From the human T2T-CHM13v2.0 reference genome, Homo sapiens, in NCBI RefSeq assembly GCF_009914755.1, contig NC_060932.1: a stretch of DNA of 64,000 nt; one strand, 5' to 3'. Numbering within the stretch: the first letter of the stretch is position 1; each line of letters opens with the position of its first letter. Below, in pieces: positions 16,941-34,700 of the stretch. The notes beneath the pieces were generated by a model that did not search any database, was not told where the DNA came from, and was given only the letters and a program-made list of their open reading frames with translations. A program made the translations under genes and the position numbers.

Positions 16941-17020
16941 CATGTGATGGGTAACTTAATGTGTTAACTTGGTTAAGTTATGGTGTCTAGTTGTTTGGTC
17001 AAATGTGTCTAGATGTTACT

Positions 17021-17503
17021 CTAAAGGTATTTGTTAACATCTACAACTGGAGGGGAGGAGCCAAGATGGCCGAATAGGAACAGCTCCAGTCTACAGCTCC
17101 CAGCGTGAGCGACGCAGAAGACGGGTGATTTCTGCATTTTCATCTGAGGTACCGGGTTCATCTCACTAGGGAGTGCCAGAGAGTGGGCGCAGGTCAGTGG
17201 GTGCAGCGCACCGTGCGCGAGCCGAAGCAGGGCGAGGCATTGCCTCACTCGGGAAGTGCAAGGGGTCAGGGAGTTCCCTTTCCTAGTCAAAGAAAGGGGT
17301 GACAGACGGCACCTGGAAAATCGGGTCACTCCCACCCACATACTGTGCTTTTCCGACAGACTTAAAAAATGGTGCACCACGAGATTATATCCCGCACCTG
17401 GCTTGGAGGGTCCTACGCCCACGGAGTCTCCCTGATTGCTAGCACAGCAGTCTGAGATCAAAGTGCAAGGCGGCAGCCAGGCTGGGGGAGGGGCGCCCGC
17501 CAT
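17021..17503 (-). CDS. L1 ORF0-like antisense ORF (160 aa) reading out of the L1 5' end; expression unknown
   Basis: ATG at 17503 starts MAGAPPPAWLPPCTLISDCCASNQGDSVGVGP. The frame is open to 17021. Confidence 0.4.
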   Translation of the reverse strand: MAGAPPPAWLPPCTLISDCCASNQGDSVGVGPSKPGAGYNLVVHHFLSLSEKHSMWVGVTRFSRCRLSPLSLTRKGNSLTPCTSRVRQCLALLRLAHGALHPLTCAHSLALPSEMNPVPQMKMQKSPVFCVAHAGSCRLELFLFGHLGSSPPVVDVNKYL

Positions 17504-18087
17504 TGCGCAGGCTTGCTTAGGTAAACGAAGCAGCCAGGAAGCTGGAACTGGGTGGAGCCCACCACAGCTCAAGGAGGCCTGCCTGCCTCTGTAGGCTCCA
17601 CCTCTGGGGGCAGGGCACAGACAAACAAAAAGACAACAGTAACCTCTGCAGACTGAAATGTCCCTGTCTGACAGCTTTGAAGAGAGCAGTGGTTCTCCCA
17701 GCACACAGCTGGAGATCTGAGAACGGGCAGACTGCCACCTCAAGTGGGTCCCTGACCCCTGACCCCCGAGCAGCCTAACTGGGAGGCACCCCCCAAGTAG
17801 GGGCAAACTGACACCTCACACAGCCAGGTACTCCTCTGAGACAAAACTTCCAGAGGAAATATCAGACAGCAGCATTCGTGGTTCACGAAAAACCACTGTT
17901 CTGCAGACACCGCTGCTGATAACCAGGCAAACAGGGTCTGGAGTGGACCTCTAGCAAACTCCAACAGACCTGCAGCTGAGGGTCCTGTCTGTTAGAAGGA
18001 AAACTAACAAACAGAAAGGACATCCACACCAAAAACCCATCTGTATATCTCCATCATCAGAGGCCAAAAGTAGATAAAACCACAAAG
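17049..18087 (+). promoter_or_regulatory. L1 5'UTR with internal sense promoter and antisense promoter; YY1 site intact
   Basis: CAAGATGGC at 17062-17070 and many CpGs retained. It carries an extra ~130-bp block (~17831-17960) relative to the L1HS 5'UTR. Confidence 0.75.
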
Positions 18088-19101
18088 ATGGGGAAAAAAC
18101 AGAGCAGAAAAACTGGAAACTCTAAAAAGCAGAGCACCTCTCCTCCTCCAAAGGAACGCAGTTCCTCACCAGCAATGGAACAAAGCTGGACGGAGAATGA
18201 CTTTGACAAGTTGAGAGAAGAAGGATTCAGACGATCAAACTACGAGCTACAGGAAGAAATTCAAACCAAAGGTAAAGAAGTTAAAAACTTTGAAAAAAAT
18301 TTAGACGAATGTATAACTAGAATAACCAATACAGAGAAGTGCTTAAAGGAACTGATGGAGCTGAAAGCCAAGGCTCCAGAACTACATGAAGAATGCAGAA
18401 GCCTCAGGAGCCGATGCGATCAACTGGAAAAAAGGGTATCAGCAATGGAAGATGAAATGAATGAAATGAAGCGAGAAGGGAAGTTTAGGGAAAAAAGAAT
18501 AAAAAGAAATGAACAAAACCTCCAAGAAATATGGGACTATGTGAAAAGACCAAATCTACGACTGATTGGTGTACCTGAAAGTGACAGGGAGAATGGAACC
18601 AAGCTGGAAAACACTCTGCAGGATATTATCCAGGAGAGCTTCCCCAACCCAGCAAGGCAGGCCAACATTCAGATTCAGGAAACACAGAGAACGCCACAAA
18701 GATACTCCTTGAGAAGAGCAACTCCAAGACACATAATTGTCAGATTCACCAAAGTTGAAATGAAGGAAAAAATGTTAAGGGCAGCCAGAGAGCAAGGTCG
18801 GGTTACCCACAAAGGGAAGCCCATCAGACTAACAGTGGATCTCTCTGCAGAAACCCTACAAGCCAAAAGAGAGTGGGGGCCAATATTCAACATTCTTAAA
18901 GAAAAGAATTTGCAACCCAGAATTTCATATCCAGCCAAATTAAGCTTCATAAGTGAAGGAGAAATAAAATACTTTACAGACAAGCAAATGCTGAGAGATT
19001 TTGTCACCAGCAGGCCTGCCCTAAAAGAGCTCCTGAAGGAAGCACTAAACATGGAAAGGAACAACCGGTACCAGCCGCTGCAAAATCATGCCAAAATGTA
19101 A
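18088..19101 (+). CDS. L1 ORF1p (337 aa, open frame)
   Basis: MGKKQSRKTGNSK...QNHAKM, one codon shorter than 338 aa (SNY-EL). REKG reads REQG and ARR reads AKR. Confidence 0.9.
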   Translation: MGKKQSRKTGNSKKQSTSPPPKERSSSPAMEQSWTENDFDKLREEGFRRSNYELQEEIQTKGKEVKNFEKNLDECITRITNTEKCLKELMELKAKAPELHEECRSLRSRCDQLEKRVSAMEDEMNEMKREGKFREKRIKRNEQNLQEIWDYVKRPNLRLIGVPESDRENGTKLENTLQDIIQESFPNPARQANIQIQETQRTPQRYSLRRATPRHIIVRFTKVEMKEKMLRAAREQGRVTHKGKPIRLTVDLSAETLQAKREWGPIFNILKEKNLQPRISYPAKLSFISEGEIKYFTDKQMLRDFVTSRPALKELLKEALNMERNNRYQPLQNHAKM

Positions 19102-19149
19102 AGACCATCAAGACTAGGAAGAAACTACATCAACTAACGAGCAAAATAA

Positions 19150-22992
<3,843 letters not shown>

Positions 22993-25196
22993 ACAATGAG
23001 AACACATGGACACAGGAAGGGGAACATCACACTCTGGGGACTGCTGTGGGGTGGGGGGAGGGATAGCATTGGGAAATATACCTAATGCTAGATGACGAGT
23101 TACTGGGTGCAGCGCACTAGCATGTCACATATATACATATGTAACTAACCTGCACATTGTGCACATGTACCCTAAAACTTAAAGTATAATAATAATAAAA
23201 AAGAACTAAAAAAAAAAAATCTACAACCAATTGACTTTAAAGCAGATTACCCTTTATGATATGGGTGGGTCTCGCCCAATCAGTTGAAGGCCTCAAAAGC
23301 AAAGACAAGTTTCCCAAAGAAAGAATTCTGCCTTAAGACTGCAACATAGAAATCCTGCCTGAGTTTCCAGACAGCATGCCTGTCCTATGAATTTCAGACA
23401 CGTCAACCACATGAGCCAATTTTTTAAATTAGTCTTTCAATAGAAAGACAGATTTAGATTTGGATTTCTAACTCCTCTGTTTCTCTGGAGAACCCTGAGT
23501 AATATGCCATATTTTTCCATGTTTGTGCATTTGGGAGAAAGGCATTTACACCTCAAGATGACCAGTTAGGGGTTTGGAAAGAAAATAAAGGAAAATAATA
23601 ATTCAACAACCACAAAAGGGGTAATATCCATCTGTTATTGGTTAGCAGAGCAAATGTGAGAATAAAACAAAGTAAGCCACACACAGCGTACCTCCTCAAA
23701 TCCATTAATTATAAATTAGTTTTTACAAAAATCTTTTCAGGGAACATACTGAAGAATTCCTTTCCTGATGTTGTTTATGTTTACACTTGATTCCCGTTCT
23801 TTGTTTTCTTTAAATCGCTAATAAAACAACTAAAACACTCCTAGCCAAGTTTCACAGTTTTCTCATGGTATTTTTCTCTCTTTTTGAGTGGGTGCCAGAA
23901 AAACAGATACTGAATTCATCTCCCTAAAACAACAGTACTCCTCCTCTCCATTTCCCCTACAAATGAAGCCAGCAGGATTTCTCCTAGTGCATCACTTTGT
24001 GTTATTGATATGCAACAACAGGCTTATCTTCCTCCACACTATCCCAGGGACACTACATACAAAGCCTTTTGTTAATGAATCAAAGAAGCCAATGAATTCT
24101 ATAGCCCATAGTGACAACCAAATCAATATTTAAAAAATATTCATATCATAAAATTTAAATAAGAGGTCTGTTCCACTCTGCAAATCAGCACATTATAAAT
24201 CTCCATGTTTCTATTAAATAATCTGTAGTGCCAATGAATTGCAGACCAGCTCCTGGCTCTGTTGTATGTTTATCATTACACTTCCTGAATAGAGAAACAA
24301 ACCATCAGAAAGTATTTATTATACTGTAGACAACTCAACCGCAACCAATGAAGCCTCTTTCCAACTGCAATGTAAAATTGGGTAATAGTTACAATTGGAT
24401 CCTTGAGGAGTGTGTCAATTTGCACTTAGTAAAGTGAATTTTGAGGCACAATTACCAGTCCTTGGTATTTGGTGCTTTCCAGTGACTATCCTTATCGTTA
24501 GTGATGTTCTATTAAACTGGCTTAGAAAAAAGAAGAGGAATAAGTCACATCCTGAGAATGGGGAACTGGAGAATGCCAGGGCAAAATACTTATGGACAGA
24601 GCACTGAACAAAGGTCTGGAATTTACATTTGGAGTCCTCACTCTTATGCCTCACCTGCATTCTCATCATTAAAATGTAAGGAACAGAAATCTATCAACCA
24701 GTGACCTTAATAAACAAGTGTCAAAGATTTAAATGGAAAACAATCCCACTTAGTATATGATTCTTTTGTATTCTCAATAATCCAATGTTCATCTTTTTAA
24801 ATTCTAGAACTGAAAATGCCACCCCTATACTCTCAGCATGGTCTTCTAGAATTGCTAATATGGCCATGATGTATTGAACGAAGGGTGGCATTCTTCATGA
24901 CTCATGAGACAGAACTGGTCAGGACCCTTTTGTATATATCACTTATGAATCACAATATTTTAGACATTTTGACCTACCTTTTCCAACTGGCAAATGACAT
25001 GTTACATAAGTCCTTTTGGCTATCACCAATAAGTAACTTTGGGGCTCCAAGATTCTTTGAATTGCAATTGTCAATATAATTTATATGTTATTTTCAGAAT
25101 CTAATAAGTGTGATGGTGCTGATAGCCAGAGATAACAAAGCCACACAGAGTTTATCCTCAAGAAACTCACAATCTGGTGATAGAAATAGACATGGG

Positions 25197-25530
<334 letters not shown>

Positions 25531-25577
25531 TCATGACATAAGGGCCATAACAGAGGAACAAGCAAAGAGTGAGGGAA

Positions 25578-25944
25578 TGATATGGCTTGGCTCTACATCC
25601 CCACCCAAATCTCATCTCAAATTGTAATGCCGGTAATCCCTACATGTCAAGGGAAGGACCGGGTGGGAGGTGATTGGATCACTGGGGGCTTTTCCCCCCA
25701 TGCTGTTCTAGTGATAGTGAGTTCTCAAGAGACCTGATGGTTTATAAGGCAGTTTTCCCTGCTCTTGCTTGCTCTGTCTCTCCTGCTGCCATGTAAGACA
25801 TGCCTCTTCCCCGCCTATCATGACTGTAAGTTTCCTAAGGCCTTCACAGCCATGCAGAACTGTGAGTTAATTAAACTTCTTTTCTATATAAATTACTCAG
25901 TCTTGGGTAGTATCTTTATAGCTGTGTGAGAACAGACTAATACA
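25578..25944 (+). mobile_element. MaLR solo LTR (THE1D/MSTA-like)
   Basis: tgatatggcttggctct...ccccacccaaatctcatc ... gaacagactaataca. Confidence 0.9.
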
Positions 25945-27049
25945 GGGGACATTTAGGAAGGTTCATTTTGATTGGGGTTGGAGTAGATCTGAGAAGCTTT
26001 TATAAAGAAAAAGAGCATCTGAAATGAGTCTTTAAAGATGACCTCAACTACGGTAGGTAGGAAAGGGCAGAAGGTATATCTGAGTCCAAAGACACATTGT
26101 GACCTGAGTTCTAGTGGTACACAGACTTTTTCATGTAGCTAATATGTATATTTGCATCTTTGTGGTTTCATTCAAATTTGTCAAATTTTGAGATTATAAC
26201 TAATGAAATTCAAGATCTTTTAAAAACAGAAACAAAACATTTCAAACACAAGGACCTTTGTAAAGCCTGTGCTCTCCATATTACCCTGCCTCTAGAAATA
26301 AAATCCTAACATTGTTGTTTATAAATTTTAGCATGTTCCTGTAACTTCTATTTATATACACTCATATTTTCTACCTTTTTAAGCTTAGCATAAATATAAT
26401 GTTTCATATATTATTCTACAACTGTCAAAATAGGTTGAGACCAACCTATTTTGAGTCAGATAACTCTAGTTCAATAATTTTAACTAATATTTAGTATTCT
26501 TGCATGAATAAAACAATCCACTTATCTGGTCTTCTACTCATGAAAATTTCATTTATTCTTTACTATTTTTGCCATTACAAATAATTCTACAATTAACATC
26601 TCTGTAAATATCTTCTTTCCCATATAAAAAGTATATCTACGCAAGTGGGATCTCTAGGTTATAGCATATTTATCTTTAGTTTTGTCACCTGAAACTTTTT
26701 GCCTTGTATGCACAAGAAGAATGTATATTTTTTAGTTGTTAGTTCAGGGTTCTAACTTTGCCCAATAAATCAAGATTCTTTATTTTGTTATTCATATTTT
26801 CTTTATGTGGTCTACCTAGGTCTCAAATACTAAGGAAGTTAATACTTTCTTCTATGATTGTAAATTTGTGAATTTTTCCATTCAATTTATTTATACATTT
26901 TGAGGCTATTTTATTAGGTGTATGGAACTTTAGAATTGTTACATCTTACCAGTAAGATATAACATCTTGATAATATCTATTCTTATATATTGGCAAGGAT
27001 GCACTGCTAGACCACATACAATCCATGGGGTCTGAGACAGTGACACTGA

Positions 27050-27409
<360 letters not shown>

Positions 27410-29911
27410 TGAGGCTCAAGTGCTAGCAAACTCATGCTGTTCGTTGTTCAACCAGACTTGTCAGGAATAGAAATTCTGACTCATAGCTGCCTGACTCAAT
27501 ACTTTAAATTTTAGTTGGGTCCCAATTCAGGGGGAGAAAAAATGAGAGATATTTAATGATTCTATAATATCTCAAAAGGATTCCCTCCAGAGTGGATTTT
27601 GGTTCTGGCATCTGTCCCAAGGCTATCACTAGCACAACACAAATTTAGGAATTATTCAGCTTATAGATCCTGGAGTGCATAGGAAGACAGGTACATGAAC
27701 TCAAGTTTTTCCAGGAAGACCCTTTTTTCCCCCCTACCTAGAACCCAGATTAAGACAGATAAAGTTACTTTTGCTTTCCTGTACTCAAGGGCAGACTCTT
27801 TAGATCATTCTTTCCCATAGAATACAGTCCTCTGAGAGTTCCTATTTTATGCAGGGATGGCAGTTCCAACTGTCCCACCTCCAACCACAAATGAGTATTA
27901 ACACCTAATATCAGCCCTCTAGCAAGGGCTCCACAGGGCAGTCCCACATATCTACCTCTCTGATTTGCAGTTTCCTTTTTGTTTTGAGCATCTGTTGACT
28001 TGCTTTACATCCCTACAAGGCTCATCATACACTTATTAGGATTTTTATTTTATCTAGCATTTCTTGAACTTGTAGTGGGAGGGCTTTTAGCTTATCTCTT
28101 GTGCAATTCTGCCAGAACTAGAGGTGGGGACATATGTGACATGCACTTGGAACAGCACCTGGTCTCTGATAACTGCTACAAGTGTTTGCTGTAATTAAAA
28201 ACATTCTCTCCTCTTCTCTTCTTTGTGTAGAAGTTAGGTGACATGCATAGAAAATCTAGTGTGTAACACTTACTGAATGGTTATACAAAATTATGCATTT
28301 TAAAATTAAAATATATTCCTGTATAGAAATCTAATGGGGTGTTGTAAAAATTCAATTTGAAATTGATTATGTGCTCTTTGTTGACAGGGGTGATGCCAAT
28401 AAACAAAATATTTTTATTTAAAAATACACATTTAAAAATAAAGTTTCAAAAATAATGTAAAACTAAAACTATATCAGAAACAGTTAAAGAAGATTCAGGA
28501 ATCTAATGCTTTTTGGGAGTCATTATGTATATTTATGATAAAAGGAGCAAATATATTGTGAGGCTCAGGGAACTTAAGCTTTAAGACTTCTCATTCGCTC
28601 AGGGCTGAGAACGGGCCTTGCCAATGGAGTCACATGATATTTTGGCAAAATTTCCAAAAATTTCAAAAGTGAGATATTTCATCCATAGTCAATTAAGATA
28701 ATTGTTTCTTTAAATTCCTACTTTCCTCAGTCATGCCTTCCTATTGTCAGGCAATGTTAGAGAATCCACAGACATTCTGGGGACCCAGGTAAGGAGAAGT
28801 TGAGGTGGACTCACATTTAGTTTGAGTTTAGTGAGATGCATTTATATAGTCTTTATGGTATGATATAGTTCACTGACAGCCATGTAGAATTATTACTAGC
28901 TGTCTGAGAGTACGAATGACTTCCAAGAATACTTCTATACTACCCTTCCACCCATTTGGATTTACTAAGAGTCAGGAGACAGTGGATGGAAATGTGTGTA
29001 GTGGAGGAAAAAAGCTCTGAAATGTAATGAAGCAGGAGCTAGGCTTTGAGAGATCCTTCCCTCTTTAGACATGAAAAACTGAAAGCTAAAAACCTAGTTC
29101 TCATAGATAACAAAAGAGAAATGTGGAACATATTTGACAAGAGAGCATGTACAATTATAAACATACCTTATTTTTTTTTCTTTCATACCGAATAGTAGGA
29201 GGTAGAATGTATAATAATTCCTATTTTAGGGCTCAAACCTACATCATTATTATAACCAGTGAATATGCGCATGTGAGAGGTCACATGATATAAATCCAAA
29301 TATCAGTAATACCAAGAAATTTTAGGCAAACACAATAGAGGAAAGACTGCATTATCTGTTCTTAATATAGAAAAATAATACAAACTTATTGTTTTAGAAA
29401 GAGACAGTTAATGAGCAAACAGTCAAAATATGAAAACCAAAAAGTTTTACAGGGTTATGTCACTCAGATAATAAAAACTTATTTTTCTGTATTTTGTGAT
29501 GTTTGTGGTATTTGTCAGCTCTTTTAAATTTGTATTTTTGTTATTATTCTAAAATAATACTCACACTATACTAATTTTAATGTTTCAAATTTTGTAGGAA
29601 AATTTCCCAAACTATGTAAGCTTTAAACCCCACAAAACCCTCTCCCCAGGGTGCAAAACAAAAACAGAAGGAAACAGACTAAAAATGAACACATTTAATG
29701 ATTTAATAATGCTGTTTTGACCACAATATTACAAAAATTGAAACTTTTGATAATGTATAGCAAATAAATCTATTTGGTGAAAACAAATTTTTAAGAAAAA
29801 CACATCTCTATATTTTAAATTTTATCTGCATTGATCTTCTGTACAGTTAATTTAAAATAGAAATTAAAAGCATTTATAAATATACAAAACTTTAACCTTT
29901 ATCATTTTCTT

Positions 29912-30295
29912 TATATTTGTCCATTCTCATATTCTCATGCAATAATAAAGACATACCTGAGACTGAGTAATTTAAAAAGGAAAGAGGTTTAATTGACTCA
30001 CAATTCAGCATGGCTGGGGAGGCCTCAGGAAACTTACAATCATGGTGGAAGGGGAAGAAAACATGTCCTTCTTCACATGGCAGCAGCAAGGAAAAGTACA
30101 GGGTGAAGGTGGGGGAAGATTCCTTATAAAACCATCAGATCTTGTGAGAAATCATTCACTATCACAAGAACAGCACGGAGATAACCATCCCCATGATTCA
30201 ATTACCTCCCACCAGGTCCCTCCTATGACACATGGGAATTATAGGAACTACAATTCGAGATGAGATTTGGATGCAGACACTGCCAAATCACATCA
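29912..30295 (-). mobile_element. THE1C/D-like solo LTR
   Basis: aaagacatacctgagactg...gaggtttaattgactcac...gatgagatttgg...catca. Confidence 0.9.
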
Positions 30296-33200
30296 GTCTT
30301 AAAACTACCGTCGTCAATAAAAAAGAAGCCAAATGTTAAATTACAACTCTCAACCTGACTAGAGGTAAAAGTAATTAGTGTGTTAAAGTTTATGGTTCAT
30401 GGAATTATCTGATTAATAAATTTTGTTCAGAAAGCTATAAAATATAATCAATCTCTATTCAGTCCACAAATATAGAAACCAACATCCAGTAATTGAGTAT
30501 AAAAGAAAAAAATTAGAAAAATAATGTTAATCAAATAATTTAGATGTACAGCATTTTTAAAAAGGACCTTCCCAGAGAATGACGAGATGGATGAGAAATG
30601 TGCTTGACTGCCGTCTAATACCATACACATTGGATTTTCCTCCTTGATTTTTGTGTCAAAGGCTTATGAGTTCCTGAAGATGAGATATAACCTTTCCTCT
30701 GTTGTGTTTCTTTTATTTTGCCCGTTAACATAATTGTAGCACATCCAAGTGGAAATGTCCACCAGGCAGCTGAAAGTGAAGGAGGAGGACTCAGGAGAGA
30801 AGTTGGGCCTGAAGATAAGGATCGGCTGTCACTGGCATCAAGACTGCCAAGGAGGGGAATAGTAAGAAACACCAGAAGAGGGGTGCTGAAAGGCTCAGAA
30901 GTCACTCTGTTTGAGAAATAAAGAAAAGTAAAAGAGGTTATTAAAAAAAAGAAAGGAGGGAAAAGTCAGAGAGATAGGCAGGAAACCAGGTTACAGCAGC
31001 ATCTCATAGACGAAGGAAGGGAGTGCACTTCCAAAAACAAACACACAAAACAGGAATTGATCCACAATGTAAAATTCTGCAGAAAAGTGACAAAGAACGA
31101 GCACCAAAAAAGGGGAATGATGATGAAAAAACATAACTTATTGTTGACTTTACGGACTACAGTTCCAGCAGTGTAGCCACAGATCAAATCACAGCATGCA
31201 CGATGCAGTAAATACTGGAAGTATATACAAATTATTCCCTGAAGATATTTATTTAGGATTAAAAGGAAGGATGTTTTTAAAATTAGGATGGTGGCCAAAG
31301 GAGAAAGCAAATTTCTTTTGCTCCTTTTGATGTTGCCCTTTGATGTAAATGGAGTACATTCAAGTAGACCTGTCCACTGGGAGGACCCAGGAGAGAAGTC
31401 AGGCCTGGAGATAAGGAGCTGTCATCTTCATGGAGATTGCCAAGGAGGGGAATGATAGAAACATAAGAAAAAGGCTGCTGACAGTCTTATAAATCGCTAT
31501 ATTTGAGGAGTGAAGTGAAAAACAGAAACAAAAGGTTGCTTTTAACTGTGGCTATTTTAAAGATAGAGGACATTGTACATATGTTTAGGCAACAACATTT
31601 TATAGATAGACAAAATGCAAACCAAGAAAAGAAAAGGATATAACTGAGAGAGTCAGTCACATCCAATGAACACAAGAGATGATGAATTTAAAAGCAAGCC
31701 GCCTATTTCATAAATTTGGTGATGGGTTCACCAGTGTTAATTTTACTACCAGTCACACAAACATATGTTACATTGCTGTTATATATAGATCAAATATCAC
31801 ATATACTTTTTAAAAGAATGAGTAGAAAAATATGCATGACCCTGGGAATCACTTTCGACAGCAGTCAGAGATGCCAGTCCCCTTCTCATTCCATTGTCAG
31901 CAGGAGCCATCCATACCCAGAATATAAAGCTAAAGGCCTGTTCTGCCCTAACCTTGTGATGGCTCTAAAGAGGACTCCAGGAGGAAGGTTGGGAAACTCT
32001 CAGAACACTGAAAATAACTAACCAGACACAACTTGAGATTTCTCATATTCTTCTTCCCTGAGTGAAAAAAATACTTAAGAAATAATCTACAAACAAAGCA
32101 TTTCCCTCATAAATATCCTGCTTAAAGTACTGAATAAAGTCCCAAGAAACAAAAGCCATAGTGGACTGAGAAGGAAAAATTCCAATTTCTACTTGCATCT
32201 CTATAATTCACTTCCGGCAGGCTACTGCAAGTCAACTCATTTCTTTGCCTGTCAATATTCTCAGAAGTAAAATGAACAGGTTGGATTAGATGATTTCTAA
32301 TGTCCATTTCAACAGTAACCATTTCTTTTCCCTCTATTATCTGTGAGTTTTGACCAATGCACACAAGCCTCTGCTTCCTGATAAATGGCTGCAAATCTTG
32401 GGGTTCCACAGGGTGCCATCCTCAACAAAATGGCAGAGTTGGCTAGAAACACCTGTGACTCACAGAAGTGCACTAATAAGCACTGCTGTAAATAACTTCA
32501 TTGTGCTAAACCCCAGATGTTGCTGATAAATATTAGCCAAGTAAGCATGAGAGGAGAAGGGGTCATTCAAGGAGAAGCACTTGTGTCTCAGAAAGTTGAT
32601 GTGTAAATGGTAAGCCACATATACCAGATTTGCATAGAGGAGGTAAAAATAGGTCAGCTTCTTCAAAACAAAATAATTGCTTAAGCAGATTACCCATCCC
32701 CCCCTCACCCCCCGCCACCTGCCCGCCGACTCCTCAACACACACACATACACTAATGGCGCTGGTAAAACAATATTTACCTCTAAGTCTCAAGCCCAGCA
32801 ACTGAGACCAGGTACAGCTGCTGAGTACCCAGCAATACATGGTAGAGGAAAGCAAGAACCACATGAAAGTAAACGGAAGCAGTGGCTAATTGCTGTCACT
32901 TACATACAATACAAAATGGGGCACTAGAGAGATGCATGCCCTAGAATGTCCTGACATCAGAAACAATTGCTGGGACCCAGGAGAAAAGTTCTAAAATCTT
33001 CAAATGGCAATTTAATTTTAGTTCAGTAGTTCAGACTGAAAAGAGCACTGACAGTCTCTCTGTCTGGTAAAAAGAAAGTCATGATCAATACTGACTGGAG
33101 AGTAACAGTTAAGCATACCCATCTTTGTTGGGGTTTGCACTTGATCAGAGGTTCAGCAAGATTCCTGCCTATGAAGTGCTTACAGCCTAAGAGTATGCAG

Positions 33201-34089
33201 CATTGCAGTGTTTCCAGATGCCACTTGGATTAATCTAGTTAGGCTACACTTACGGGGCAGTAACAAACATCCCTTGAAATCTAGGGACACTATGAAAGTT
33301 TATTTCTTGCTTAAACGAAGGTTGCTATAAGTCAGCTTCTGAACAGCTATCTTCCACGCAGTGACTTGGTGATTGAAGCTCTTTTGACTTTGGGCTCTGC
33401 CATCTTAACATGTGGCCACCATACTCCCCAAAGAGAAAAAGGAAGTTGGAAATTGCACTGGGGTTTTTGCTGCCCCAGCCTGTAAATGCAGCATGCCACT
33501 TTCTCTCACAGGCCACTATCTAGAACTAGTCGTTCTGGGAGATTGAGAAGTACAGTATCCCAAGAACCCAGGAGGGGAGGGGAAGTGGATGTTGGTGAAC
33601 TCCACTAATAACTATCACGACAGTGCTGGTGAAAAGCAAATATACCCTCATATTCCTACAGGAAATTAATAAGCCTTAAAGCCAAGACCACACCAGCTCA
33701 TCCCAGTAGCCCTATTCCTCCTCTTTTCCAACTGCCTACGAAATGCATTGGACTCCTTTTACTAGATGTATAAAACAGTTAGCCACAGGTAAACATGGTT
33801 GGGGAACAGGATCAAAAATTAGACTGAAAGAGAAAGGCCAGATGAGCTATTTCTAGCCAAGTCCTTTCATGTTGTGCCATTACCCTTCAAACTGAACAGC
33901 TGAGCCCTTAGGCCACTCACAGTCCAATGATGACAGAGCAAAGATAATAATCATCAAAGAAGTAGCACCAGCAGGGGCAGGGAAACTGAAGGGATGCCAC
34001 CACCTCCTAGAGACAAGGACCAGCAGAAAACCCCTTGGTTTCTACATTCTTTGTCACATGCACACATGCACACACCTCGTGTGACAAGT

Positions 34090-34700
34090 GTGACCTCTAA
34101 TCTGTATATCTTTAGTTGAGATCTCTTTGGAAACCTAGATTTACAAGTTACAGCCTACTTGACATCTCTTGGCTATAACTAAGAAATTACACAATTAATA
34201 CGGCCAAAATGAAACTTGTGATTCCCCCCACCACACTGAGGCATCCCTTATTCTCCCTCTCTCTCTCACCAGTTTTCCCTATTTCACTAAATAACACCAA
34301 CATCCAGTTAGCTGCTCAAACCAGAAACTTCTGAGTGATCTTTCATTCCTCTCTTTGCCTCCATAGGTTACACCTAATCATGTCTTATTAATTCTATCTT
34401 GAAAATAGATGTCAAATTTGTCCACTTCTCTCCATTTAGACTGACACCATCCTGGCTCAAGACACCATCATCTCTCAACTGTGTAAGCTACAAAAAAATC
34501 CCTTCCTCATCTCCCTGTTTCTGTGCTTGCTAGCTCTTATTCAGCTCTCTGCGGAGCAGCTAGAGTCTTCTCTTTATAAGTCCCTCCTCTGTGTAAAACC
34601 TTTCATTGATCTTCCATTGCACTAGGTGTAAAATTCAGATGAAACCACATGATCTCCCCAATATCATTCTGAGCCATCTGGAAACCTGCCACGATGATCT
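34090..34700. mobile_element. L2 LINE fragment
   Basis: L2-like cttgacatctcttgg, ccaaaatgaaactt, ccacttctctcc...caccatcatctctca. Confidence 0.55.
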
